Source: a virus
Lineage: Duplodnaviria; Caudoviricetes
Direction: 5' to 3' (one strand)
IMG/VR virus record: IMGVR_UViG_2772190776_000003
Span: 11,067-75,066 of that record
Length of the DNA: 64,000 bases
Positions 8,718-18,556 of the stretch are shown in pieces (the stretch's first letter is position 1; every line of letters begins with the position of its first letter). The notes beneath the pieces are model-generated. The model saw nothing but the letters and a program-made list of their open reading frames with translations, was not told the origin of the DNA and made no database searches. Made by a program: the position numbers and the translations under genes.

Positions 8718-11700
8718 TGCAGGCTAATTGGGGCAAATATGTCTTCGTCGGCTGTACTGGTGGCAGGCTGCGCCACGGCAAGCGGTACGGGGGCGGCCGG
8801 TGTTGAGGGCTGTGCGCCCTGCTCTTGCGCGGGTGGTGTGCTGAACAGGTCTGGCGGGGGCTGCACGGTTTGCTCCAGTTGCAGCCATTTAGACTCTGGC
8901 CATTTGTGGAGGCCGTTGGCCATGGCGGCATGCAGCGAATAGTTTCGGCAGTTGCCCGCGATGAAGGTTTTGCCGCCACGGCGCACGATCAAGGTGCCAT
9001 TGGGAACTGTTGCGCAATAGACACGCCCTGCGTAGTGCACGGTTTGGCCGATGTAGCCACGTTTGCCATTGCCACCGCCGTCTAGATAGGCACGCGAGGA
9101 AAGCCGTTCATAGACGTGGTATTGCAGTTTGGGGGTGGTGGGTGATTGATGCCCGCTGATGACAGGCCGGTGTTTGGGCTGCACCACCCGCATAGTGGCC
9201 GCGTTACCAGTTTTGATGAACAGCTCCTGCATGTCATCAGCCAGCAACCGCGATGTGGTTGCATAAGCCCGGTTTGGCCGGTGGTGCGCTTTGCGCTGCT
9301 GCGCCCAACCATCGCCTGCAATAGCGGCGTTCAGGAAGGCTGCGATTACGCTGGGCTTGGCATCTTTGATCCATTGCGGCACGCGGCGCTCATGCTGGAG
9401 TGCACCAAGCGGCGCCACGAGGTCGTAGACCTGTTTGCAGGTGAAGATGTATCTGTCATGGGTGACATGGAACTTCCAAGGCAGACGAGCGAGCAGTGCT
9501 TCAATTTCAAGACGTCGATGGGGCTTGGTTTGATGGATGGTGACGCGCCTGCGCACATTGCCTTGTGTTTTGCTGCGCACCTCTTGCACGGAGCCTTCTG
9601 ACACCCACCAGCCAAAGAAAGCGGCCATGTCATGCGCATCTACCGCGACTTCTGGGAACAAAAGGCGGTTTTGCGCTGATATGGAGGCGGGGATGACATA
9701 GGCGTCTGCCTGGTTGCCTTGCCAGGTGGCCGCAATTTTGAGGGCATGGTGAACGGTGAGGTCTTTCGCCAAGGTAATGGCCGGTGACACATCCAAGTTC
9801 CATTTGCGCACGCCGGGGGCAATGGTCTGATGCGCTTTCTTCAAGGTCACCATGCGGTGCCCAGGCGTTACCAGCACATCAATGGACTTGCCTTTGAGTT
9901 GCACCATGTCGCCGCTGTAGGGTTTGTCAATGAGTAGCGATGGCTGCTGGTACTCCATCAGGTCGGTGGACAGGTTGACCGTGGCCAGAAGGTCTTCATA
10001 GCAGACATCGCCCCAGCGCTTCCAGCCTGTATGGGTGAGCACTTCAGTTTCTGCGTCAAAGCAGTCCAACACTTCATTGCGTGGGCGGCGTTTGACCCAC
10101 TTGTAAACGTCCCGGCCTTGCACCTTGGCCAGGATGCGCTGCTCGGCAGTGAGCTGCTCATACCATTCGCGGGGGAGCTCCTGGCTGGTGTGCACATAGC
10201 CGGGGCCTGGCTCTGTAATGGCGAGCTGGCCCAGCAGCAGGTCTTTGGCGTTGTCTACGCCTACGAGCCACAGCTTGATGCCTTTGGCGATCTTGCGGCC
10301 GCGGTGGTTGACCTCCTGCATGCTGCTGGGGCCCACGATGTTGCGGTTGTCGTTGGTGTCACCCTTGATGGCACGGAGGTTGGCAATCCTGGTCTGGGTA
10401 TTGCGCACCCAGTTGTAGACGGCCTGGGTCTGGTCTGAGGAGTCAATGCTGACTGCAGACAAGCCCAGGGTGCCACCGTGGAGCGCCTGGGGGAAGCGCT
10501 GGAGCAGGAACTGCTCTACGGGCTCCCAATCTGCGTCATTGGCTGGGTTGCCGTAGATGACGTGGTGCATCACTGTCCAGCTCTCCAGGCCCCTGCCCCA
10601 CCCCCAGATGGCGATTTCCCAGCGGTCACGCTGCACGTCAACCCCGGCTGTCAGGTACAGCGCGCCCACAGGTACGCGGCCGAGCGGAAAGTCCTCTGCC
10701 CGCTGCTGCAGCACGTGCTCGTCGCTGCTTTCGCCCTTCACCTCCCAGGTCTCGCCCAGCGTTTCGTTGGTGAAGCTGGTCATGGGGCCCACGTCGCCAG
10801 CTTGCATGGCGCGGTAGGCTTTTTCGTGCTCGTCCACGATGCTGGCCCATGTGCGCTGGGGGCTGTAGGCCGCCCAGATGTGCACACCCAGGGTGCGCGG
10901 TGGGCGGCAGGGCTCGCCCTTGGCGTTGCGCCACTGGCCATCTGCGTCGTAGCGGATGCCGGTTTTCTTGCAGACCCATGCGCCGCTCAGGGGCCAGCCG
11001 CCGGGCAGGTAGTCTGCCTGGGTGATGCTTTCGCGGCAGTGGGGGCAGACGTGGCGCACGGTTTCGGGCTTGCCTTTTTCCCACTTGAAGCCATAGGGCA
11101 GGTCTTTGCTGCCCCAGATGAGCGGATGCTCACCACCGCAGTGCGGGCACTCTATGTGGTACTGCACATAGGCTTCAGACTCTTCACAGGCACGCTCTAC
11201 GTGGCACAGGCCTTTGATGCGGGGCGTGCTGCCGCCCACAAACTTGGGGTACGGCGCACCCTCCAGACGGCCCTTGGCCAGGCTGCCTGGGTCGCCGGAC
11301 TTCTCAATGGTCTGATCGAATGCGGACCATTCATCCAGAATGGACACGGCCACCGTAATACGCCGGTAAGCGCGTGCCGCCTTGCCACCCAGCAGGTGCA
11401 GCACCGAGTCACGGAAGGGCTTGTACTTGATGGTGTCCACCACGCCCTTGCCCTGCTTGCGTGCAGCGCGCACGGCGGGCACACCGTCCAGCACGGGCTC
11501 AATCTCGCTTTTGACGTAGCTGTCCCGGTCATCATCCGTGGGCTGCCATAGCGCCTGCTTGCGGCGGCGGTGGGCGATGTTGTAGGCCACAAAGGCCGTG
11601 ATCATCTTGGTATAGCCCACGCGCTTGGACTTTTTGACGGCCAGCTCCTCGATGCGGTCATCGCTCATGAAGTCCAGAATGCCGCGCTGGAAGGGCCACC

Positions 11701-11863
11701 CTACCCAGCCGCCCTTCTGGTGGCTGGACTCGCCCGCCAGAATGAAGTGCTGGGCCGCCCACTCGCTCAGCGTCTGCGGCTCATCGGCGCGCAGGCTCTC
11801 CAGCCCCAGCCGCACAGCGGCCTTGATGGCGTGCAGGGCTTCTTTACTCAGGGGCGCGGTCAT
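8714..11863 (-). CDS. Terminase large subunit (lambda GpA family) containing an intein
   Basis: KSKRVGYT Walker A, ILDEWSAF, GSTP, AGVDVQ nuclease motif; RNEVLD-C interrupted by an intein; extein 678 aa. Confidence 0.95.
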   Translation of the reverse strand: MTAPLSKEALHAIKAAVRLGLESLRADEPQTLSEWAAQHFILAGESSHQKGGWVGWPFQRGILDFMSDDRIEELAVKKSKRVGYTKMITAFVAYNIAHRRRKQALWQPTDDDRDSYVKSEIEPVLDGVPAVRAARKQGKGVVDTIKYKPFRDSVLHLLGGKAARAYRRITVAVSILDEWSAFDQTIEKSGDPGSLAKGRLEGAPYPKFVGGSTPRIKGLCHVERACEESEAYVQYHIECPHCGGEHPLIWGSKDLPYGFKWEKGKPETVRHVCPHCRESITQADYLPGGWPLSGAWVCKKTGIRYDADGQWRNAKGEPCRPPRTLGVHIWAAYSPQRTWASIVDEHEKAYRAMQAGDVGPMTSFTNETLGETWEVKGESSDEHVLQQRAEDFPLGRVPVGALYLTAGVDVQRDRWEIAIWGWGRGLESWTVMHHVIYGNPANDADWEPVEQFLLQRFPQALHGGTLGLSAVSIDSSDQTQAVYNWVRNTQTRIANLRAIKGDTNDNRNIVGPSSMQEVNHRGRKIAKGIKLWLVGVDNAKDLLLGQLAITEPGPGYVHTSQELPREWYEQLTAEQRILAKVQGRDVYKWVKRRPRNEVLDCFDAETEVLTHTGWKRWGDVCYEDLLATVNLSTDLMEYQQPSLLIDKPYSGDMVQLKGKSIDVLVTPGHRMVTLKKAHQTIAPGVRKWNLDVSPAITLAKDLTVHHALKIAATWQGNQADAYVIPASISAQNRLLFPEVAVDAHDMAAFFGWWVSEGSVQEVRSKTQGNVRRRVTIHQTKPHRRLEIEALLARLPWKFHVTHDRYIFTCKQVYDLVAPLGALQHERRVPQWIKDAKPSVIAAFLNAAIAGDGWAQQRKAHHRPNRAYATTSRLLADDMQELFIKTGNAATMRVVQPKHRPVISGHQSPTTPKLQYHVYERLSSRAYLDGGGNGKRGYIGQTVHYAGRVYCATVPNGTLIVRRGGKTFIAGNCRNYSLHAAMANGLHKWPESKWLQLEQTVQPPPDLFSTPPAQEQGAQPSTPAAPVPLAVAQPATSTADEDIFAPISLQ
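8951..10063 (-). mobile_element. Intein with LAGLIDADG homing endonuclease (371 aa)
   Basis: Starts CFDAETEVLT, has block B VTPGHRM, endonuclease motifs FFGWWVSEGS and FLNAAIAGDG, ends VYCATVPNGTLIVRRGGKTFIAGN followed by Cys+1. Confidence 0.92.
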
Positions 11864-12377
11864 CGTCGGCGTCCTCCTGGTCTTCAGTCATGCCATCCAC
11901 TTGATCGGATACCAGCTTGGCTGTGCTGCGAATCCACTCATTGCGCGCATTGGCCAGCGTGCGCAACACCACCACCCGTGCGTCCTCTGGCAGGTCGGGG
12001 CAGGCCTTGCGCAAGTCGCCCTCCACCTGGTCCATGCGGTCCACCACGGCAGATGCCGCCTGGCCCAGCACGTCAGCCAGCAGGCCGATGGGGGCGAACT
12101 CGCCACGGGCCACGGCGTTTTTCAGCTCCTGCGCCTCGCGCTGCGACCGTGCCAGCGCAGCGCGCTCCTGCACCAGATCCAGCCCACCGACTGAGGCACG
12201 GCCTGCCGCCATGTCACGCAGGCGCTCGCAATACCCCAGCAGCCAGCCGTGGGCGTTGTCGCCCTTGGTCAACACTCCCTCACTGATCAGCGTGCTCACT
12301 CTGGCCTCACTGATGCCAACAATCTGCGCGAACTCCGCTTGAGAAATAGGAGCAGCCAAATAAGGCAGTATCTTCAC
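11844..12377 (-). CDS. Terminase small subunit (Nu1-like)
   Basis: N-terminal wHTH SQAEFAQIVGISEARVS, coiled coil ERAALARSQREAQELKNAVARGE; overlaps the terL start. Confidence 0.85.
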   Translation of the reverse strand: MKILPYLAAPISQAEFAQIVGISEARVSTLISEGVLTKGDNAHGWLLGYCERLRDMAAGRASVGGLDLVQERAALARSQREAQELKNAVARGEFAPIGLLADVLGQAASAVVDRMDQVEGDLRKACPDLPEDARVVVLRTLANARNEWIRSTAKLVSDQVDGMTEDQEDADDDRAPE

Positions 12378-12413
12378 TTAACCCCCTTAGGAGCACCACA
12401 AAACACTGAGACA

Positions 12414-12457
12414 GCGCGGCGCGAATTACCCGCGTCCGAGGCTGCCGGGAAGGACCC
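12414..12457 (-). other. Putative cos site (cosQ-cosN)
   Basis: The - strand reads GGGTCCTTCCCGG (lambda cosQ is GGGTCCT), then GCGGGTAATTCGCGCCGC, just upstream of terS. Confidence 0.6.
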
Positions 12458-12489
12458 GCGCACCCCAGCCACCATGACAGCCGCCGCCC

Positions 12490-13341
12490 TCATACGCCTG
12501 CCGCCTCACGAATGCGGAAGCGCACACGCTTGGCCAGGTAGTTCTCGGCGTCTGCACGCTTGGCCACCTTGTCCATGTCCAGCCGTTGTGTGTAGATACC
12601 CTGCTGCACGAACAGCAGCACAGCACGCACTTCCATCCCTTCATGCCCCATGACTGCCCAGATACCAGGGCGCAGATGTTGCCCTCTCCCCCCCTTAGAA
12701 CCGTGGCTGACAAAAAAGCGCTGGCCACGCACATGCTTGGTCCACCCTTTTTGCCCCATGGGAATGTCATCTTTGCGGCTGTTCTTGTGGATGCGCTTAT
12801 AGCCCTTCTCGGACATGTTCACCTTTGCACCACCGCCTTGAAATGACTGCAAGTAGCTGAGAAGCTTCTTGAGAAAATCCCCCCTCAGGTTGCCCTTACC
12901 ATCGTCGCTCCCAGGGAATGGACCACCGTATTTTTCGTCAGGGATAACAGTTTGGTAGCCATTGGGCAGGATGCGCGCGCGGCGCAATGCCACCTCGCTG
13001 CGCTTGTCACGGCGCCGACCACCCCACGCCTGGGCATTCAAAATCTTCTGCGGGTCAACACCATCTCCACCCTTTCCCTTGGCTCGGCCCATGTAGGCAG
13101 GCTCGATGGTCACGCTCAGGCGCTCTGGCGTGGCCCGCTTGAACCGTGGGCTGCGCAGGATGTAATCCGTCGGGTCTTTGAACACCACACGCATTTCATC
13201 CTGCATCGCCCTGCGCACCTCAAAGCCCACGTCATTGAGCGCCTTGGCAGCAGCCACGGCCATCTGCCTGCCGCTTAAACCGTGCAGCACACGCAGCGCC
13301 TCAGCTTGCCCAATCACCTTGGCACCCAACCTAATGTGCAT
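12490..13341 (-). CDS. Conserved phage protein upstream of cos
   Basis: 283-aa basic ORF, AAAKALNDVGF...VFKDPTDY pattern, coupled to the replication gene. Confidence 0.65.
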   Translation of the reverse strand: MHIRLGAKVIGQAEALRVLHGLSGRQMAVAAAKALNDVGFEVRRAMQDEMRVVFKDPTDYILRSPRFKRATPERLSVTIEPAYMGRAKGKGGDGVDPQKILNAQAWGGRRRDKRSEVALRRARILPNGYQTVIPDEKYGGPFPGSDDGKGNLRGDFLKKLLSYLQSFQGGGAKVNMSEKGYKRIHKNSRKDDIPMGQKGWTKHVRGQRFFVSHGSKGGRGQHLRPGIWAVMGHEGMEVRAVLLFVQQGIYTQRLDMDKVAKRADAENYLAKRVRFRIREAAGV

Positions 13342-14437
13342 TCAGACCTCCAAACTGATTCCGATAGGCCTGCATCACACGGGCCTCATAGACACTGAAC
13401 AGCCTGTCCTTGCTTTCATCCCACACGCCCAAGCCAAGCTGCTGCCCCATCAGCTCAATGCCAGAACGGGTCTCGTGCCACTGACCTGCGACACCTGTAA
13501 CGCCTGTCACGCTACCTGTAACGCCACCTGTAACGGGTGCTGGAACGGCCTGCGACGCATCCAGCCAGCGCGACTCTTTCAGCCAGCGCAACACACTGGG
13601 ACAGGCCTTGCCGTCATCCCGGCACAGCGCCGCGGACTGGGCAGCCGCAGCCGTCAGCAACTGCTGCTCTGTGACCGCACCACCCTCCACAAGGCGCGTA
13701 ACCATGCGGGCTACCTCGATGACGCGAGTGCGCCGGTGTTCAGGGAAAAAGCCCATCAGCTTGCTCACCGTGGCCGCAGGGTTCTCCAGCTTCAAGCCCT
13801 TGCTGGTTGCCAGTTCTGCGCCCTCCTGCTCACCGGATTGCTCAGCAGACTGTTCGGCAGACTCAACTGCTTCACCCGTCACAGCCCCCCCTGCAGGGGG
13901 GTTGGGGGGTAAGTTTTGGTTATGGGTATTGGTTAATGGGGAATGGTTAGCCGTGACAGGTGCGTGACAGGTCCGTGACAGGTCAACCCCTTTGCAATGC
14001 TCATTGAAAGCAGCACGCACCTCAGCAATCGGCGCATTCCACAACAAATGCACACCCACCTTGCGCAGCGCCTCAAACATGGCTGCACGCTGCTGCCTGT
14101 GCACCTGCTGGCGGCGGTTCACCGAATCCTTCACAGCGCCATTCGCCGCCACCTTCTCGCGGTACTCCTGCAGCTCACGCTCGCACCGTGGCTGCACGTA
14201 CCGCTCAGCGTCGATATCGAGATCGAAGAACTCATCCAGCACATACTTCAGCGCCTGCTTCTCTTCCTCAGACTGGCAGCACAGCCTGCGCGCCAGCCGG
14301 TCAAAGTCCGTAGCATCCAGCGCCTCCTCAGTCACGTAGTAAAACTCGATCGCATCGCGATATATCGAGCGCTCCAGCCGCGTCAAATGCCGCGTGGCCG
14401 TGTTGAAGTCGCCAATATGGTGGGGATAGTGATTCAT
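13331..14437 (-). CDS. DUF1376/YdaU-family replication initiator
   Basis: MNHYPHHIGDFNTATRHLTRLERSIYRDAIEFYY N-terminus; internal direct repeats. Confidence 0.85.
   Translation of the reverse strand: MNHYPHHIGDFNTATRHLTRLERSIYRDAIEFYYVTEEALDATDFDRLARRLCCQSEEEKQALKYVLDEFFDLDIDAERYVQPRCERELQEYREKVAANGAVKDSVNRRQQVHRQQRAAMFEALRKVGVHLLWNAPIAEVRAAFNEHCKGVDLSRTCHAPVTANHSPLTNTHNQNLPPNPPAGGAVTGEAVESAEQSAEQSGEQEGAELATSKGLKLENPAATVSKLMGFFPEHRRTRVIEVARMVTRLVEGGAVTEQQLLTAAAAQSAALCRDDGKACPSVLRWLKESRWLDASQAVPAPVTGGVTGSVTGVTGVAGQWHETRSGIELMGQQLGLGVWDESKDRLFSVYEARVMQAYRNQFGGLNAH
13952..13984. repeat. Iteron-like repeats (putative origin) within the replication gene
   Basis: Three tandem CGTGACAGGT(G/C) units at an 11-bp period; related CCTGTAACG/CCTGTCACG repeats near 13494-13535. 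Confidence 0.6.
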
Positions 14438-14460
14438 CGTTTTCTGCCTCCGCCCCACAC

Positions 14461-14850
14461 TCACACCAGCGCCTGCTGCTGCGGCACCGCCCGAATAGGC
14501 GTGATATCGTGGCCCGTCACGCTGCACTTGCGCAGCACCTGCAGGCGCTCCACCCGCCGCGCCTTCACCAGGCCATTGACCGTGCTGGAAATGCTCGACA
14601 TATCCACCCACGCACCCGTCGCATTGAAATACGCCGTGCGCAGCTCCTTGGCAGACATATTCACCACCCCCTGGCGGTGCTGCTCAATCAACACCGCCAG
14701 CAAACGGCCCTGAAACTGGGCCATCAGCTTGGGGCTCAGCCCCCAGTACGCCTGTGCCTTGGCATCCAGCGAAGTGACAAACGCCACCCCACCGCCACCA
14801 GCAGCGGCAGCAGCTGCCACAGGCATAGCAGCCATCGACTCAGCTTGCAT
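14461..14850 (-). CDS. Hypothetical phage protein (wHTH-like)
   Basis: 129-aa ORF with a GAGGTG RBS, in the operon between CII-like and replication genes. Confidence 0.6.
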   Translation of the reverse strand: MQAESMAAMPVAAAAAAGGGGVAFVTSLDAKAQAYWGLSPKLMAQFQGRLLAVLIEQHRQGVVNMSAKELRTAYFNATGAWVDMSSISSTVNGLVKARRVERLQVLRKCSVTGHDITPIRAVPQQQALV

Positions 14851-14997
14851 AGTTCACCTCCGATATCGAAGTGCAGGAATAAAAAGCCCCGACCACTGCA
14901 CTGCAGCGTGTTGACGCTGCCGGAGACATGAGCAGCCACCCGCAGCACAGCATGGGAAAAGTCAGGGGGGAAAAACTTTGAGATATCGCGCGCATGG

Positions 14998-15585
14998 CTA
15001 CACCTCGCGCTTGGCAGCCCTTGCAGCCACCGTGTTCACCAGCGCCGTAATACCGGCCATCAGCTCATTGGCCTCATGCTCCACACGGCGCAGCGCATTG
15101 GCACTCACCGCCCCGCGCTCAGGGCGCAAGGCATCTGCAGCTGCAGCGGTGAAGTCCCCCATGGCCTGCTGCACAAAGCGAAAAGCCTCCCAGGCATCGC
15201 CCTCTGCCATATCAGGGCGGCTGCGCAGGCAGGTATGGTCCAGCTGGGCCGCCATGGCATGCAGCACATAAGGCAGGCCAGACACCACCTGCAAGGCCAC
15301 AGCCTCCTTCAACGTCAGGTGGTGCGTGCTGTTATTGGGGTTCAGCTTGTGCTGCAGCGTGTTAGGTGACACACCCATGCGCTGCGCCAGAGCACCAACA
15401 CCACCAGGCGTCTCTTGCGCAATCAGAAAGGCGGCATCCAGCACATCCATGCCACGGGCAATGTCGGCCTTGGGCGCGTTTTCGCCATAGACCGGCACCG
15501 CAGCCGCCATGAAACTAAAGCCTGTCATCAGCCCCCCCTTTCGGAGACACCATGGCAACAGCACCCACACCAACCGCAGCACCAA
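14998..15585 (-). CDS. Phage regulatory CII-family protein (true start probably near 15510-15528)
   Basis: PGGVGALAQRMGVSPNTLQHKLNPNNSTHHLTLKEA signature. Confidence 0.8.
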   Translation of the reverse strand: MVLRLVWVLLPWCLRKGGLMTGFSFMAAAVPVYGENAPKADIARGMDVLDAAFLIAQETPGGVGALAQRMGVSPNTLQHKLNPNNSTHHLTLKEAVALQVVSGLPYVLHAMAAQLDHTCLRSRPDMAEGDAWEAFRFVQQAMGDFTAAAADALRPERGAVSANALRRVEHEANELMAGITALVNTVAARAAKREV

Positions 15586-15803
15586 GCGCAGAAGAATTTG
15601 CAGCCCTGCAACTACGCGTCACAGCGCTGGAAGAATTTCTGGCCCAGCTGGCCACAGTCCTGGAATGCGAGCCACGCGGCTTCACCGCAGAACGGATGAA
15701 CCACTGGCTGAACATCTGCACAGCCAAAATGATCACCACCGGCAGCGCCAAGCCCGAAGAAGTCGCCGCACTGCGCCGCTTGCAAGGCATCGTTGTGGGG
15801 TAA
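15552..15803 (+). CDS. Hypothetical protein
   Basis: 83-aa ORF with a GGAG RBS, antisense to the early-right operon. Confidence 0.5.
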   Translation: MATAPTPTAAPSAEEFAALQLRVTALEEFLAQLATVLECEPRGFTAERMNHWLNICTAKMITTGSAKPEEVAALRRLQGIVVG

Positions 15804-15908
15804 GCGCCATGCTGCACAGCCGCAACACCCGATATGGCGCCTGCACACCCCGTGGCTACGATGGAGGCTCCTACACCAACCACCGAACCACGGAGAGCGG
15901 ACACAACC

Positions 15909-16127
15909 ATGGGCATCCTAGACTCACAGCGCATCGACATCCCCTGCCCGAACTGCGGACACAAGCGCAGCGAGACGATCGCAAAGCTTCGCCTCAATCC
16001 AAAGCTCACCTGCAACGGATGTGGCACAACGCTGAACATCGACACCAGAAGTCTGGACACCGCTGCCAAAAAAATCGACAAGAGCATTGCGGACCTTCAC
16101 CGAACGCTCCGCCGCATTGGCAAGTAA
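15909..16127 (+). CDS. Small zinc-ribbon protein
   Basis: CPNCG...CNGCG pairs; MGILDSQ start with upstream GGAG. Confidence 0.55.
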   Translation: MGILDSQRIDIPCPNCGHKRSETIAKLRLNPKLTCNGCGTTLNIDTRSLDTAAKKIDKSIADLHRTLRRIGK

Positions 16128-16201
16128 TTGCAGGTCTGCAACCATGGCATCCAGGCCATCAAGGTGCACGCTTATGTGCTCAGTCGTCATATCACGCACT
16201 C

Positions 16202-16432
16202 CTACAACAAAACCTCGGCCGCGCAGCGGGCAGCGCTCAGCGCCTCCAGCTGCAGCAGTGGGCCGAGGGGATCAGATTGGAAAGTGACGGCCTTGACGCT
16301 CAGCGCACGCGCCTGCCAGTACAGACGAACCGCGCGCGCCTGAACCAGCGTATCTGGGGTGCATGCGTCAACGGCTGGCCCCAATTCAGACAGCAGGCCG
16401 CTGAGGATTCGCTCACGCTGCGCATCAAGCAT
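16202..16432 (-). CDS. Hypothetical protein
   Basis: 76-aa ORF overlapping the cro stop, with a GGAG RBS. Confidence 0.5.
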   Translation of the reverse strand: MLDAQRERILSGLLSELGPAVDACTPDTLVQARAVRLYWQARALSVKAVTFQSDPLGPLLQLEALSAARCAAEVLL

Positions 16433-16670
16433 TGGAGCTCCCGTTCTGTACCTGTTCAGGAACGATCGTTGGCTTCACGCCATCCGGTGCTTCAACACCG
16501 TATCCCTCTCCGATAGCGAGGATTGCAGTGCCGAGGGAGTACCGTGGCTCACGGGTCTTACCTGAAGCCAGATCAGAAATAGTGGTTTGCCCACAGCCGA
16601 CTAGATTCGCCAGACGGCTTTGAGAAACCCCCTTTTCAAAGATTTCGGCGATGTAGTCTTTCCATTGCAT
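16425..16670 (-). CDS. cro: Cro-like HTH repressor
   Basis: GVSQSRLANLVGCGQTTISDLASGKTREPR; divergent from cI; ATG 16670 preferred. Confidence 0.8.
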   Translation of the reverse strand: MQWKDYIAEIFEKGVSQSRLANLVGCGQTTISDLASGKTREPRYSLGTAILAIGEGYGVEAPDGVKPTIVPEQVQNGSSNA

Positions 16671-16682
16671 GGAATGAACTAT

Positions 16683-16733
16683 ATCGGTTTGCCGATTTTT
16701 ACACAAGCGGTTTACCGCTATCGGAATTCCGTA
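16683..16733. promoter_or_regulatory. OR operators (three sites)
   Basis: ATCGGTTTGCCGAT (16683-16696), AGCGGTTTACCGCT (16706-16719), ATCGGAATTCCGTA (16720-16733). Confidence 0.8.
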
Positions 16734-17398
16734 TGCTTTGCACTATGAATACAGAGTTCGGCCAACGCCTTAAAACAGCACGCAAAGCGGCAAAAATGAC
16801 CCAAGCTGATCTGGCCAAAAAGGTCGGTATCGGCCAGTCAACCATTGCTGAGCTTGAAAAGTCCGGCAACGGCTCCAGCCATGTCCCCGTCATGGCGGCC
16901 GTACTCGGCTGCTCCGCGTTGTGGTTAGCTACTGGCGAAGGTCAAATGAATACCCCTGTTGGGGCTGGATCAAATGTTGAACCAGGTCCAGACATAAGAG
17001 GCAAGGTACCCCTGGTTTCTTGGGTCCAGGCGGGTGCTTGGTGTGAGGCGTGCAATCCTGTGGACATATCAGAAGTAGAGCGCTGGCTTGCTTGCCCAGT
17101 GCCACATAGCAAAAGCACATTCGTACTGCGCGTGCGCGGAGACAGCATGACAGCCCCGTCCGGCAATGCACGCACCTACCCGGAAGGCTGCTTTATTTTT
17201 GTGGACCCTGAGCGGCGCTCCCCCGTGAACGGGGACCGCATCGTGGCCTGCCTGGCCGGCAGCAATGAGGTGACATTCAAAGTCTTCAAAGACGAAGACG
17301 GCCGCCGCTGGCTGCAGCCCCTGAACCCCAGCCACGAGCCCATCCGCGAGCCCTTCAAGGTGCTGGGCACAGTGATTGGGAAATGGGAGGATGGGTAG
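16733..17398 (+). CDS. cI: CI-like repressor (XRE HTH plus S24 autopeptidase)
   Basis: HTH MTQADLAKKVGIGQSTIAELE, VQAG cleavage site, VRGDSM Ser and VTFK Lys. Confidence 0.93.
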   Translation: MLCTMNTEFGQRLKTARKAAKMTQADLAKKVGIGQSTIAELEKSGNGSSHVPVMAAVLGCSALWLATGEGQMNTPVGAGSNVEPGPDIRGKVPLVSWVQAGAWCEACNPVDISEVERWLACPVPHSKSTFVLRVRGDSMTAPSGNARTYPEGCFIFVDPERRSPVNGDRIVACLAGSNEVTFKVFKDEDGRRWLQPLNPSHEPIREPFKVLGTVIGKWEDG

Positions 17399-17489
17399 GA
17401 ACCCTCTGCACATCTAGGACAACACCAACAACTCATGGCTTTGCAACTGAAAAATAGTTACACTGCTAGGCCAACCTAACACTCACGGC

Positions 17490-17753
17490 ATGTCAAAGCA
17501 CGACAAAACGATCGCGAAACTTACAGCGAAGCCTGTGCCAACAGATTTGAAATGGGATGACCTTGTTGGACTGCTCTCGCACCTAGGCTATGAACAACTC
17601 AACAACAACGGGTCAAGGCGTAAATTTGTGAACAAAACTAGCGGTCACATGTTGTCTTTGCATGAACCTCACCCTCAAAACGTTATCAAACAATACGTCG
17701 TTCGGATGGTCTGCGAAGAGCTCATCAACCAGGGATTGATTGCTGAAAAATGA
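17490..17753 (+). CDS. hicA: HicA-family toxin
   Basis: LKWDDLVGLLSHLGY...GSRRKF...LHEPHP. Confidence 0.88.
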   Translation: MSKHDKTIAKLTAKPVPTDLKWDDLVGLLSHLGYEQLNNNGSRRKFVNKTSGHMLSLHEPHPQNVIKQYVVRMVCEELINQGLIAEK

Positions 17754-17775
17754 ATTCACTCTAAGAGGTACCGCA

Positions 17776-18264
17776 ATGGATAAACTTCTCAATTACAAGG
17801 GTTATCACGGGTCGGTAGAATTTGATCTTAATGAAAAACATTTATTTGGAAAAATTCTCCATATTAATGATTTAGTAACTTACGAAGCCGAAACCGTTAG
17901 CGAACTTACTAATGAATTTAAAGCAGCTGTTGATGATTATTTGGAAACCTGCAAGCAATTAGATAAATCACCTGACAAAGCATTCAGCGGTTCTTTCAAT
18001 ATTCGCACAACTGCTGAGGTTCATAAAAAATTAAGCATTATCGCCAGCGCCAAAGGTGAAAACCTTAATACTATTGCAAATTTAGCGTTAAAGAATTTTA
18101 TTGACAGTAACGATGATAAATTAAAGCCTTCTACAACTATTATTGTGCAGGTGCAACAACAAAAAAGCCTCAGCACTGCGACTGGCACAGGCCAAACCAT
18201 ATCTTGGAATAGCACAAGCATGACTGACGGAATGGCATTTAGAAATTTATCGACGGTGCAATAA
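17776..18264 (+). CDS. hicB: HicB-family antitoxin with a C-terminal extension
   Basis: LNYKGYHGSVEF...FKAAVDDYLETC...FSGSFNIR (HicB plus RHH); about 45-aa S/T/Q-rich tail. Confidence 0.88.
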   Translation: MDKLLNYKGYHGSVEFDLNEKHLFGKILHINDLVTYEAETVSELTNEFKAAVDDYLETCKQLDKSPDKAFSGSFNIRTTAEVHKKLSIIASAKGENLNTIANLALKNFIDSNDDKLKPSTTIIVQVQQQKSLSTATGTGQTISWNSTSMTDGMAFRNLSTVQ

Positions 18265-18265
18265 A

Positions 18266-18553
18266 ATGGCTGAAAAAAAAGATCCAACAATCAAATTCTC
18301 AATGACTGAAATTGGGAAATTATTGATTAGAGAAGCAAAATTTACAGAAGGCCGATATGAAGTAGCTGTAGGCTTTAAAGTAGGAGTTGGTGTGGTTGGA
18401 CCGACAGAAAACGAAGCCCTTCCAGGTGCTATAATAGGCGTTCAAGATATTGGCCTTTCCCGTGTAGCAGACGATGCTTCAGGACCAATGATTTTGGATG
18501 CCGCTGTAATATCTGCACAAAAAACTTCAAGAAAATCAAAAAAATCTTCGTAG
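18266..18553 (+). CDS. Hypothetical protein, third gene of the hicAB operon
   Basis: Starts 1 bp after the hicB stop, beta-rich, followed by a terminator. Confidence 0.7.
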   Translation: MAEKKDPTIKFSMTEIGKLLIREAKFTEGRYEVAVGFKVGVGVVGPTENEALPGAIIGVQDIGLSRVADDASGPMILDAAVISAQKTSRKSKKSS

Positions 18554-18556
18554 CAT

